A stretch of 64,000 nt of DNA from Candidatus Poribacteria bacterium. Its GTDB lineage: Bacteria; Poribacteria; WGA-4E; WGA-3G. The DNA is taken from NCBI GenBank assembly GCA_965242965.1, contig OZ251518.1, positions 2,368,001 through 2,432,000 of the forward strand. The letters run 5' to 3'. The notes below the pieces were generated by a model, which made no database searches, was not told the DNA's origin, and was given only the letters and a program-made list of their open reading frames with translations. Made by a program: the position numbers and the translations under genes. This document shows positions 20,353 to 30,011 of the stretch, in pieces (position 1 is the stretch's first letter; each line of letters begins with the position of its first letter).

Positions 20353-22116
20353 ATTCGTAGTCTACTCGGTTTAAAAAAATACGTCATTCGTTATAGATAC
20401 GCCATCTTAGCCAGTTTTATTCTGGTGTTGCTGACGAACGCGCTGATGCTCGTCAGCCCGAAAATTCTCCAGATGGTTTTTGATGAACTGGACCAGGTAT
20501 TGCGTGATAAAGACAGGACGATATCTTCGGGTCGGCTCGTCTTTTTCGCGATGCTCGTTTTCGGTGTCGCGCTGTTTGCTGGCATCCTGCGGTTCGTGCA
20601 GCGGCGCACTATTCAGAGCGTCGCGCGGCAGATGGAATATCACCTCCGTGCGGATTTCTTTATCCACCTGCAAAAACTCTCCGCCGCTTATTACGATAAC
20701 GTGCGCACTGGAGATTTGATGACGCGCGCCACTAGCGATTTGAACGCCATCCGGATGGTGCTCAGCAGTGCGGTGATGTATACCGCCGATGCGACGGTGT
20801 TTTTCGGTTTCGCACTGTTGCTCATGTTGCGGATTGATGCAAGTCTGACGCTCGTCGCGCTGCTGCCCTATCCCGTCCTCGCGATTTTCATTCGCCAGCT
20901 CGGAAAGCGGCTGCACGTCCACTACGAAGGCATTCAAGAGGCGTTTTCTGTGCTAAACACGAAGGTGCAGGAGAACCTCTCCGGCGTGCGCGTCGTGAAG
21001 GCATATACGCTGGAGCAAAGCGAGGTAGCGCATTTTCAGGAACTCAACGATGAATTTGTCGGACGGAATCACCGGCAAATCCGGCTGATGTCCTTCTTCT
21101 TTCCGCTCTTCCGGTTTCTACCCGGCATCGCCACCGTGGTTCTACTCTGGATGGGCGGCCTCCATGTCATCGAAGAAAAAATCACCATTGGTGAGTTTGT
21201 GGCGTTCAACGCCTATCTCCTCATGCTCGTGCGCCCGATGATAACACTCGGTTTCATCGTGAATACTTTTGAACGCGGCGCGGCATCTATGGGGAGAATG
21301 AACGCAATCCTCAATGAAAAACCTGAGATTTACGATGGCGAAAACGTCAAGTGGCAGATCAAAAGCATTGACGGAGAAATTGAGTTTCGGGAACTGAATT
21401 TTGCGTATCCCGATGGACTACCGGTGCTGAAAAATATCAATCTCAAGGTGAAGAGCGGTTCAACACTCGCGATTGTCGGCGGCACGGGTTCCGGGAAATC
21501 GACGTTGGTGACGCTGATTTCGCGTATCCGCCAAGCAGAACGCGGGACGGTGTTTATTGATGGCGTTGATATTCAGGATATCCCGCTGAACGTCCTCCGT
21601 TCTAACATCGGCGTTGTAGAGCAGGAACCCTTTCTATTTTCAGACTATTTGCGGAATAACATCGCTTACGGGGTGGAGACTGCCAACGATGAGGAGATTC
21701 GGGAGGCGGCACGAACCGCCGATCTACTCGCGCAAATTGAGGAGTTCCCGGAAGGATTAGATACGCTTTTAGGCGAACGCGGCGCGACGATTTCAGGCGG
21801 ACAACGCCAACGGAGTGCCCTCGCCCGGGCCATTCTGATTAAGCCCAAAATACTTATCCTTGACGATGCCTTCGCGAATGTCGACACGCAAACGGAGGAC
21901 ACCATCCTCTCCCGACTCGCGCACATCATGAAAGACCGGACGACTATCCTCATCTCGCATCGCATATCAACAGTGAAAAACGCAGACCGGATTATCGTCC
22001 TCAACGATGGAAGCATCGTTGAAACCGGCACGCACGAGCAGTTGCTCGCGCAAAACGGGGTTTATGCCGGCATCTATGAGAAGCAGCTTTTGCAGGAAGA
22101 ATTAGCGGAATTGTAA
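20353..22116 (+). CDS. ABC exporter, fused permease/ATP-binding subunit A
   Basis: TM domain, GGTGSGKST, ISGGQRQR, ILDDAF (degenerate Walker B); start probably ATT 20353 (first canonical start is GTG 20425). Confidence 0.88.
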   Translation: MRSLLGLKKYVIRYRYAILASFILVLLTNALMLVSPKILQMVFDELDQVLRDKDRTISSGRLVFFAMLVFGVALFAGILRFVQRRTIQSVARQMEYHLRADFFIHLQKLSAAYYDNVRTGDLMTRATSDLNAIRMVLSSAVMYTADATVFFGFALLLMLRIDASLTLVALLPYPVLAIFIRQLGKRLHVHYEGIQEAFSVLNTKVQENLSGVRVVKAYTLEQSEVAHFQELNDEFVGRNHRQIRLMSFFFPLFRFLPGIATVVLLWMGGLHVIEEKITIGEFVAFNAYLLMLVRPMITLGFIVNTFERGAASMGRMNAILNEKPEIYDGENVKWQIKSIDGEIEFRELNFAYPDGLPVLKNINLKVKSGSTLAIVGGTGSGKSTLVTLISRIRQAERGTVFIDGVDIQDIPLNVLRSNIGVVEQEPFLFSDYLRNNIAYGVETANDEEIREAARTADLLAQIEEFPEGLDTLLGERGATISGGQRQRSALARAILIKPKILILDDAFANVDTQTEDTILSRLAHIMKDRTTILISHRISTVKNADRIIVLNDGSIVETGTHEQLLAQNGVYAGIYEKQLLQEELAEL

Positions 22117-22189
22117 TTTTCCTCGCGTGCGCGGTTTGTAATCGCGCCTGCCGAACGCCTTGCGAACAACAAAAAAGGAGGAACTGCCC

Positions 22190-24004
22190 ATGTTTGGGAT
22201 GGGAGGTGACCTGCACGAATATAGCGATGAAGAACAAGAACTCGGAAAAGTCTATGACCGGGTGCTAATGAAACGGCTCCTCGCGTATCTCAAGCCGTAT
22301 AAATTCCAATTAGTGCTTATCGGTTTTTTCATCCTCGGAAATACGCTGGCGGCCCTCGCCAGGCCGGCTCTGATGCAACTCGCGATTGACGAGAAAATCA
22401 CCCCCGGCCAACTTGAAGGGTTAAGCACCATCGCGATGTTTGTGGTATTTGCGTTGGTGAGCGAGTTCGTGTTTAGTTATTTTGAGGAGTATCGCACGCA
22501 GTTGCTCGGGCAACATGTCATGCGCGACCTGCGGAGAACCCTCTTTACACATCTCCAACGCTTAGATGTGCAGTTTTTCGACAGAAACCCGGTGGGCAGG
22601 CTCATGACGCGCGTGATGGGCGATGTGCAAGTGCTGAATGAACTGTTCAGTTCCGGCGTGATTACAGGCTTCGCGAACCTACTCAAAATAGCTGGCATCA
22701 TGGTGGCGATGCTGCTCTACAATTGGAAATTGGCACTGGCGACGTTTACCGTCATCCCGATTATCTTCGTCGCGACGCTGGTTTACCAGATTTACTCGCG
22801 CCGCGCGTTTCGCGAACAACGCAAGCAGTTGGCACGCATCAATGCTTTCTTGCAGGAAAACATCGTCGGCATGACGACGATGAAGTTGTTCGCGCAGGAA
22901 CGGCGCAGCTATTTACGTTTCAACGAACGCAACCGAAAATACCTCGCCGCGAATCTACGGAGCATCTTCTATTTCTCCATTTTCCATCCGCTAATCGAAG
23001 TGATGGGCTCCCTCGCGACAGCGGTGATTATCTGGTATGGCGGCGGACAACTCGTGCAAGATGCGTTGACGTTGGGCGTGCTTGTCGCCTTCATCGGCTA
23101 TGCTGAACGCCTCTTCTGGCCGATTCGGGAACTGAGCGAGAAATACACCATTTTCCAAAACGCAATGGCATCCTCCGAACGCATCTTCCAACTGCTAGAT
23201 ACGCAGCCAACTATCGCCTCTACTGCGCCGAGGAGCGGGAGCCCCAAAGTCTTGAAAGGCGAGATTGAGTTCCGCAACGTCTGGTTTGCCTATAACGATG
23301 ACGACTACGTCCTCCGCGATGTCTCCTTCACCGTGAAGCCGGGCGAAAAAGTCGCGCTCGTTGGGCATACCGGTGCAGGAAAGAGTTCAATTATCAACAT
23401 CCTCAGCCGTTTCTATGAAATCAACAAAGGACAAATTCTGATTGATGGCGTGGATATCCGGGACATGGCTCTGGAAGAACTGCGCGAAGCGATTAGCATC
23501 GTGCAACAGAACATCTTCCTCTTTTCGGATTCCATTGAACGGAATATCAGTCTCGGCAAGTCCGCAGTCTCATCCGAGCAGGTGAAGCAAGCCGCCAAAG
23601 ATGTGCATTTGGATCGGTTTGTTCAGAAAATGCCTGAGATATACGGCACCGTAGTCAAAGAAGATGGCGGTGGGTTATCGGTTGGGCAGAAGCAACTCGT
23701 TGCCTTCGCGCGCGCCTTAGCCTCCGACCCGAGTATTCTCGTCTTAGACGAAGCCACTTCTAGCGTTGACACCGAGACAGAGATTTTAATTGAAGATGCG
23801 CTGAATCGTTTGATGGAGAATCGGACTTCTGTCGTCATCGCGCATCGGCTCTCCACTATCCAGAATGCGGATAAGATTATTGTGCTGCACCGAGGTGAGA
23901 TCCGCGAGACAGGCACGCATGCGGCACTTTTGCAACAGCGCGGGATTTATTATCGGTTGTATCAGTTGCAGTATAAGGGACAGGAGGCGTTGCGCGCCCG
24001 GTAG
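22190..24004 (+). CDS. ABC exporter, fused permease/ATP-binding subunit B
   Basis: GHTGAGKSS, LSVGQKQL and LDEATSSVD motifs; RBS AGGAGG before ATG 22190. Confidence 0.9.
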   Translation: MFGMGGDLHEYSDEEQELGKVYDRVLMKRLLAYLKPYKFQLVLIGFFILGNTLAALARPALMQLAIDEKITPGQLEGLSTIAMFVVFALVSEFVFSYFEEYRTQLLGQHVMRDLRRTLFTHLQRLDVQFFDRNPVGRLMTRVMGDVQVLNELFSSGVITGFANLLKIAGIMVAMLLYNWKLALATFTVIPIIFVATLVYQIYSRRAFREQRKQLARINAFLQENIVGMTTMKLFAQERRSYLRFNERNRKYLAANLRSIFYFSIFHPLIEVMGSLATAVIIWYGGGQLVQDALTLGVLVAFIGYAERLFWPIRELSEKYTIFQNAMASSERIFQLLDTQPTIASTAPRSGSPKVLKGEIEFRNVWFAYNDDDYVLRDVSFTVKPGEKVALVGHTGAGKSSIINILSRFYEINKGQILIDGVDIRDMALEELREAISIVQQNIFLFSDSIERNISLGKSAVSSEQVKQAAKDVHLDRFVQKMPEIYGTVVKEDGGGLSVGQKQLVAFARALASDPSILVLDEATSSVDTETEILIEDALNRLMENRTSVVIAHRLSTIQNADKIIVLHRGEIRETGTHAALLQQRGIYYRLYQLQYKGQEALRAR

Positions 24005-24405
24005 GCGCGCCTTCCCGATACACCGCCGTTTTTTCGTAGGGCGAGGGCCTGTCCCTCGCCATGCAACGATCGCAAGGAAACCCGCTCGGATGCGCGTGTG
24101 GCATCCGAGGGCCTCCGCACTACGATAACCCCTTCACCCCTGTAGGTCAAGATCGCCTGATCTTGACCCGTTTGTGATCAGGCGATCACAAACTACAGAA
24201 GTGGGCCCGATGCCTTCCGGTAGGTGAGACCTCCTGGTCTCGATGCAAGACTGGGGGACTGGAAACATTCTCTTCAGGTCCGTAGGACCTGAAACGCCAC
24301 CGCTTGCCGATGGACGATCGCGGGGGACAGGCCCCCGCGCTACGTGGATGGACAGGCTGCAGGTTCGCGGGGGACAGCCCCCGCGCTACGGGAATGGACA
24401 TAAAA

Positions 24406-26382
24406 TTAATGCCACACAATATAAGTCGGCATTTGCAAAACCAACCCAATAAGACTCCACACACATCCAAGCGTATAATCTCCCAAGATCAGCCCGAGGA
24501 AAAACGGCACCGCCTGCCGATAGAGTTTCACGCCGCCGATTTTCAGCACGATGGCTTTCGCCAGCCAACTGAGGAAAATCGGGAACCACAAGCCGCCCAT
24601 CCCCGTGCCGCTGACAAGCACGTAACCACCCGGGTGCAAGGGCCACCACAGAAACCGCATCTTCATCACCATCAGGAATATAGTAAAGAAGAAGCTGCTC
24701 CCGATAACGCCGAGTTCTGGCACACTCGTCTCGCGCGGGCTGACAAGCCACGTTTGAAGGCGGTTGAAAGTCTCCCATCCCATATAGACTATCCAGCCGC
24801 GCGCCTTGCTTCCCGCGCCCATATCGTAAAGCACATGCAGATACGCCCAAAACGTGATGAGGATGCCGAAGACAATCGCCAAAATCATCCCGATGAGCAG
24901 TTGCCGGTATCCGATGCGCGTTCGCTCAGCAAGCCGGAACGCCTCAAGTTCACTCGGTGTCGGATGCGCGCGGAAACAGCGGACAAACGGGTAGAGGAAC
25001 GTTAACCCCGTCAAATTCGCCGAGCCGAGCCTGCGCGTGCCTAATGCTAATACCATCGTCCTACCCGGGTCAACGAAGATGAGTTGATGCAGCGGCGGAC
25101 CGATTTCGGCGCGAATCCGCGTGATCCCGATAACTAGCGGAAAGTAGAAAAGGAAAAACAGCCCAATCGCCCAAAATGTCATCCCCATCTGATAACAGAA
25201 AAAGAAGAGGCACAGCAGGCCGCCGGTGAAGAGAAGGGCTGCGGTGCGGTAGCGCATGGGTTCGTTTTCGTCCGAGACCGGGTGATCGCGAGGGACAGGC
25301 CCTCGCGCTACGGTGTCGGGAAGTGATGGCTCGCGAGGGACAGGCCCTCGCGCTACGGATAGATTGAAAATCTTTCGCAAGATTCTGCCGTAATGCCGTC
25401 TGCCAATCCACAGCGGAATGCATCCGAACGCCATCCATGCGCCGGTCTGCTGTTCAAGATGATAGATATTTCGCGCGCCGAGCGCGTCGGTTAAAATCAA
25501 TTGGACGCGGCTGAGGAGCCAGAAGAACCAGCAGGAAAAGGAGAGATCGAGCGGCGTAAAAAACATTAACCCGATGCTGAACGGATAAAAGGAGATGCGG
25601 ATAGGCCCCATCGCGCTCCACGGTTTTGAACTGAATTGCCCGATGGTTTTGCCTTTGAGTGGCAAGGCGGGGATGTCTGGAAATAGGTAGTTTAAGCCGT
25701 TCAGTAATTCCGCGCCGCCTGCCAGCGCGAAGCCTAACCACATCCACGGCGAACTGAAAAAGCGTTTCGGATTGCTAGTGAGTGCTAACGGCAATTGCAC
25801 GATGGGATAGTTGAGCCGTTCGTTTTCTGTCCACTGCTTGCGGAGAAAAACCGTGACAGACAGCAGCGTCAGCCAAAGCGCGATGACAAAACCAGACCAG
25901 GCGAGGACCGGTGGTATCCACGCGTTGAGCGTCGCAGAACGGTAAAGTGTAGAATCGCCTTCATAGAACCCTGTTAAAATGCGAGGGTCCTTCACCGCAA
26001 TCCATGTCGGGATGTGATGTCCGAAGAGCGGAATCCATTCGTTTTCGGGGGAGGCGAACTGAAAGGCGTGCGCGAGAACGGGGATAAGATAGCCCATCAT
26101 CGTGTGCCCGCTAATCGTCGTCAGCATGACTACCATCACGTAGATGGTTTGCAAATCGGCTTGCGACATGGACATGCGCGGCAGAAAACGTGTCAATAGC
26201 AGATTAAGCAACACGAGAACAAGGAGCGTAAAAACGGCGTTGAAAAACAGCGAAGCGATCGTCAACTGCGTTGAGTGCCACACCTCTGTCCCCATCAAGC
26301 ACCAATAACTGTTAAAGGCGACGAGTGCCAACCCAATCAGTAAAATATGCGGTTTGACGCTGTTTCGGTTTCTGTTAGCCAT
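24406..26382 (-). CDS. DUF6785/DUF6784 multi-TM putative peptide transporter (paralog) carrying an in-frame REP insertion
   Basis: WTENERLNYPIVQLP, RIRAEIG and WWPLHPGGY motifs; VARGPVPR occurs twice in a loop. Confidence 0.7.
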   Translation of the reverse strand: MANRNRNSVKPHILLIGLALVAFNSYWCLMGTEVWHSTQLTIASLFFNAVFTLLVLVLLNLLLTRFLPRMSMSQADLQTIYVMVVMLTTISGHTMMGYLIPVLAHAFQFASPENEWIPLFGHHIPTWIAVKDPRILTGFYEGDSTLYRSATLNAWIPPVLAWSGFVIALWLTLLSVTVFLRKQWTENERLNYPIVQLPLALTSNPKRFFSSPWMWLGFALAGGAELLNGLNYLFPDIPALPLKGKTIGQFSSKPWSAMGPIRISFYPFSIGLMFFTPLDLSFSCWFFWLLSRVQLILTDALGARNIYHLEQQTGAWMAFGCIPLWIGRRHYGRILRKIFNLSVARGPVPREPSLPDTVARGPVPRDHPVSDENEPMRYRTAALLFTGGLLCLFFFCYQMGMTFWAIGLFFLFYFPLVIGITRIRAEIGPPLHQLIFVDPGRTMVLALGTRRLGSANLTGLTFLYPFVRCFRAHPTPSELEAFRLAERTRIGYRQLLIGMILAIVFGILITFWAYLHVLYDMGAGSKARGWIVYMGWETFNRLQTWLVSPRETSVPELGVIGSSFFFTIFLMVMKMRFLWWPLHPGGYVLVSGTGMGGLWFPIFLSWLAKAIVLKIGGVKLYRQAVPFFLGLILGDYTLGCVWSLIGLVLQMPTYIVWH

Positions 26383-26473
26383 GTTGGCGTGTGTTTCCTC
26401 TCGTCTCTGTAGGGCAAGTTCGCCTGAGTTTGAGTGTTCGGAATCAGGCGATCCCGAATTACAATGATTAATC

Positions 26474-26930
26474 GAAGGTGTTTCATAACTCCGTTATGGA
26501 TGCCTCTTTAGGTCCTTTAGGACCTGCATGTCTATAGAAAAACAGACATGCCACTGTTTTCAAGGTCCGCTAGGACCTTAATCCAGCGGCAGCGAGGGAA
26601 GCAGGCACATTAAGGTCCTACAGACCTTAGGTGCGCTGCGATGCAGGATGCTATAGACATTAAGGTCTTACAGACCTTATTGTTCTCGTAGCGCGGGGGC
26701 CTGTCCCCCGCGATCTCTCAACCTTTGCGGAAAACGCCCGCAACCCAGAGACCACGGATGTTTGCTGCTCAGACCGGTGCATGGCGAGGGACAGGCCCTC
26801 GCCCTACGGTGAAAGCGGCAATCAAGCTTGGCGAGGGACAGGTTTTCCCACCGCCCTACGTGAAGGGAGGCGTTTTTTTACCGTAGCGCGGTAGCCTACC
26901 ACCGCGACGTTGAGCGATTCCGAACCACAG
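26474..26930. mobile_element. Composite MITE copy with a degraded right TIR
   Basis: Left GAAGGTGTTTCATAACTC; flanks TGATTAATC and TGATTAATA; interior has GGWCC palindromes and REP-A. Confidence 0.6.
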
Positions 26931-26944
26931 TGATTAATACGGTA

Positions 26945-27691
26945 TTATCGGGCCCCGAGGTCTCTCCTACTGATGTGTTGCAGTGCTTTCCGGAGCACTT
27001 CTTCGTTGCTATAGTTCAAAGATGCGCGGTTTGCAACTGCGCCTACCGGCATCGCATTTTCTATTTCTTTACACAACAACGGCAATGCCCGCACGACGTT
27101 ATCCACAATCGTCACACTCGCCTGTTTTGCCGTGCGCGACATCGGGTTCAGATCTACGGTGACGACCTCTTTTCGCATCTTCCGTAGTGCTTCACACCTG
27201 TCGCCATCTTCAAGCGGCACGAAAACGACATCCGCCTTGAAAATCCCTTCCGGATGCACAAACTTTCGGTTGGAGTCAATGTAGGAAAGTTGCGCTTCGG
27301 TGGTGGGCATCAGCACCTCCGAGGCACCGTGCTTGAGTAGATGCTGTTGGATGGCCATCTCCCGTTCACCGTCGGTGTGAAAAATGTTTACCTCTAAAGG
27401 CGCGTTGAGCAATCTTCCGAACGCGATCAGTGCGTCTGGCACTAGTGCTGCCACGTTCCCATTAACAGAAATTACGGGATGTTCCGCCGAGAGGAGCATC
27501 GCTGTCGCTGCACGAATTGCCTCAACGGCGAACAGCTGCGTCTTCTCACCGATGAGATAGTCAAACGCCTCGCCGCGTCCGTGCGCGATGAGTCCATGGA
27601 TAGAGGTAATGCCGCGCTCAACGCCTTCTACGATGGTATCTCGCAGCGTTAACGAGAGGTAGCGCGGGTGTGTTTTTGGAACGTCGCTCAA
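26945..27691 (-). CDS. Archaeal-type 4-phosphopantoate--beta-alanine ligase (phosphopantothenate synthetase, COG1701)
   Basis: HPRYLSL, GLIAHGRGEAFDYLIGEKT, VISVNGN, VPLEDGDR and DLNPMSRT motifs. Confidence 0.9.
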   Translation of the reverse strand: MSDVPKTHPRYLSLTLRDTIVEGVERGITSIHGLIAHGRGEAFDYLIGEKTQLFAVEAIRAATAMLLSAEHPVISVNGNVAALVPDALIAFGRLLNAPLEVNIFHTDGEREMAIQQHLLKHGASEVLMPTTEAQLSYIDSNRKFVHPEGIFKADVVFVPLEDGDRCEALRKMRKEVVTVDLNPMSRTAKQASVTIVDNVVRALPLLCKEIENAMPVGAVANRASLNYSNEEVLRKALQHISRRDLGAR

Positions 27692-27786
27692 TTTTCGTCA
27701 CTCCTTGTTTTTTTGCGATGGGTTAACTATACACGGAATTGTTGCGTTTGTCAACGCTTTTTTTAGAACCCGGGGACATTTAGTGT

Positions 27787-28210
27787 GAAGGAGTTTCATA
27801 AATCTGTGTAGGAGAGACCTCCCGGTCTCGATGCAATAGGGCGGCGCGCCTACCGGGGCTGCGGTGACAGAAAGCCTCCTTCATCGTAGGGCGAGGGCCT
27901 GTCCCTCGCCATCGTCCTCTTCAGGTCCGTAGGACCTGAATGTCTATAGCAGCCCAAACGCAAAAGGCTCTAAGGTCCTTTAGGTCCTTAATAGGTTTTG
28001 CCAGGGCCGCGTGCTTTTTATTAAGGACCTAAAGGACCTTGACAACGTAACGACACGTGTTGCTATAGACATTAAGGACCTAAAGGACCTAAAACGCCCC
28101 CGCTTGACGATGACCAACGCGGGGGACAGGCCCCCGCGCTACGGGAAAATTGAGACCAGGAGGTCTCGCCTACCCGAAGAAATCGAGACCAGGAGGTCTC
28201 TCCTACAGGA
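27787..28210. repeat. REP/GGWCC repeat cluster starting with a MITE-like left TIR
   Basis: GAAGGAGTTTCATAA, then REP-B, REP-A and AAGGTCCTTTAGGTCC/GGACCTAAAGGACC palindromes. Confidence 0.7.
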
Positions 28211-28336
28211 ACATCGCTTGCAGCGAGTAACATCAAAAACAGAAAACTAAACGGTTTCTGTGCGCAGCGATATTCATGTTGATATTCTTTGTGTTTTCAT
28301 GCGATACTGTATTGAACGAAAAAAAGGAGGCAGCAG

Positions 28337-29047
28337 ATGGCACGTCGAAAACGAAAAATGAACAAGGATGTGTATACACATCGCGGGTACCTGCATAACC
28401 AGCGCGGTGAATACGACAAAGGTGTCAAGGATTTCCAGAAAGCCCTTGAACTTGACCCGGATTGCGCGGCGGCGCATAACAACCTCGGTGCTACCTACAT
28501 CCTGCTGGACAGGAAGGACGAAGCCGTTTTCCACTTGCGGCAGGCACTCGCCTTGGATGCGAGTTTAACAGAGGTGCGTATTAACCTCGCCGATGTCTAT
28601 CTCAAAATGGATAAATACGAGGAGGCGCGCGAGGTCCTCATCCCTGAGATGGCGCAGGGCAAGGAGCCCGAAAGTTATTACTATCTCATCGGTCGCGTTC
28701 ACTTCGGGCTGTGCGAGTATGAAGCCGCGCTCCAAGCGTGGCTGAAGTCGCGCGAACTGGGGATGACGAAGATTGACCTGAACCTATTCCTGGGGAACGC
28801 CTATTTCTACTTGGAAGAGTTGGATAAGGCGTTTCACCATTTCCAGCAATTAACGCGCAATAAACCGGACTTCGCTAGCGGATACTCGGCTATCGCCATG
28901 GTCTACATGAAGCGCAAGCAGTTTGACGCGGCGGAGCAATCCCTCGCCGACGCGCTGATGCGAGATCCTTCGGACTGGGGGGCTCTCTACCTAGTAGATC
29001 TGCTCGAAAAGGAGCGGAAGGCGTATGCAGCAGCGTCTGCATCGTGA
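28337..29047 (+). CDS. Tetratricopeptide repeat protein
   Basis: Repeated TPR patterns (AHNNLG, LFLGNAYF, ALELDP). Confidence 0.85.
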   Translation: MARRKRKMNKDVYTHRGYLHNQRGEYDKGVKDFQKALELDPDCAAAHNNLGATYILLDRKDEAVFHLRQALALDASLTEVRINLADVYLKMDKYEEAREVLIPEMAQGKEPESYYYLIGRVHFGLCEYEAALQAWLKSRELGMTKIDLNLFLGNAYFYLEELDKAFHHFQQLTRNKPDFASGYSAIAMVYMKRKQFDAAEQSLADALMRDPSDWGALYLVDLLEKERKAYAAASAS

Positions 29048-29074
29048 TGCGCGCCATTCAAGGAGGCAGCGTCC

Positions 29075-29833
29075 ATGGTTTCGCCAAAAGAGATTCAAGC
29101 GGCTTGTGATGACATCGTTCGCGAGTTCGCGCCGCTACAAATTATTCTCTTCGGCTCCTATGCGTATGGCGCGCCGATGGAGGATTCGGATGTCGATCTA
29201 CTCGTCGTGATGGCTATTCCGGAATCGGAGAGACGCGGAAAGGCTGTGGAGATTCGGCAGCGCATTCCGCGTCGATTCCCTATGGATTTGCTCGTCCGTT
29301 CACCGGCAGAGATAGCCTATCGCGTCTCGCACAACGACTGGTTTCTCCGAGAAATCCTTGAGAAGGGGACTGTCCTTTACGATTCGGGTGGTTTTTCCAA
29401 GGGCGCGTTGGAAACCGCTTGCGAGCTGCGCGATAAGAAGGCGGCCGACGTGATGAATCCGTTGACATTAGAGTATGTCGAAAAAGCGGAGGAGAATTAC
29501 GCCAATATCGACTGGCTTCAGCAGGCACCCACGCCGAGGCATAATTCGGTGTGTTTCAACGCGCAGCAATGTATTGAGAAGTATCTGAAGGCGTGGTTGC
29601 AGGAGGCGAACCTCCCTGTTCCGCGAACGCATGATCTGGTAGAATTACTTTATCTGATTGTGCCGTTGCGTCCTGCGTGGCGTGCGTGGGATGCGGATTT
29701 TTCAGCGTTTGTTAAACATGCGGTGGATTTCCTGTATCCGAGGGAATCAGCCACTGCTGCGGATGCGCGTCATGCCGCAAGAATTGCTGCTGAGGTTCGG
29801 CAAGCGGTTCGTGATGGGTTGGGGATTTCTTGA
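29075..29833 (+). CDS. Fused minimal nucleotidyltransferase (MNT) - HEPN protein
   Basis: ILFGSYAYG...DSDVDLLVV, then CFNAQQCIEKYLKA...RTHDL. Confidence 0.8.
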   Translation: MVSPKEIQAACDDIVREFAPLQIILFGSYAYGAPMEDSDVDLLVVMAIPESERRGKAVEIRQRIPRRFPMDLLVRSPAEIAYRVSHNDWFLREILEKGTVLYDSGGFSKGALETACELRDKKAADVMNPLTLEYVEKAEENYANIDWLQQAPTPRHNSVCFNAQQCIEKYLKAWLQEANLPVPRTHDLVELLYLIVPLRPAWRAWDADFSAFVKHAVDFLYPRESATAADARHAARIAAEVRQAVRDGLGIS

Positions 29834-29952
29834 ATTTTTGACATCAGCCAATCTCTTCGGGATGCGTGCAGTCTCTGCGTGTCGATTGTATCCGAACTGT
29901 GATGATGGATTTCTATATCCGCCTGCAGATCGAGATTAACTGATTTTTTTCG

Positions 29953-29981
29953 TTGCAATTTATTGCAAATTTAGGTATAAT
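29953..29981 (+). promoter_or_regulatory. sigma70 promoter of the vWA-PP2C-kinase operon
   Basis: TTGCAA-17 nt-TATAAT; RBS GGAGG upstream of ATG 30012. Confidence 0.7.
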
Positions 29982-30011
29982 TGGCGTATCAACAAAAATG
30001 GGAGGATTAGC

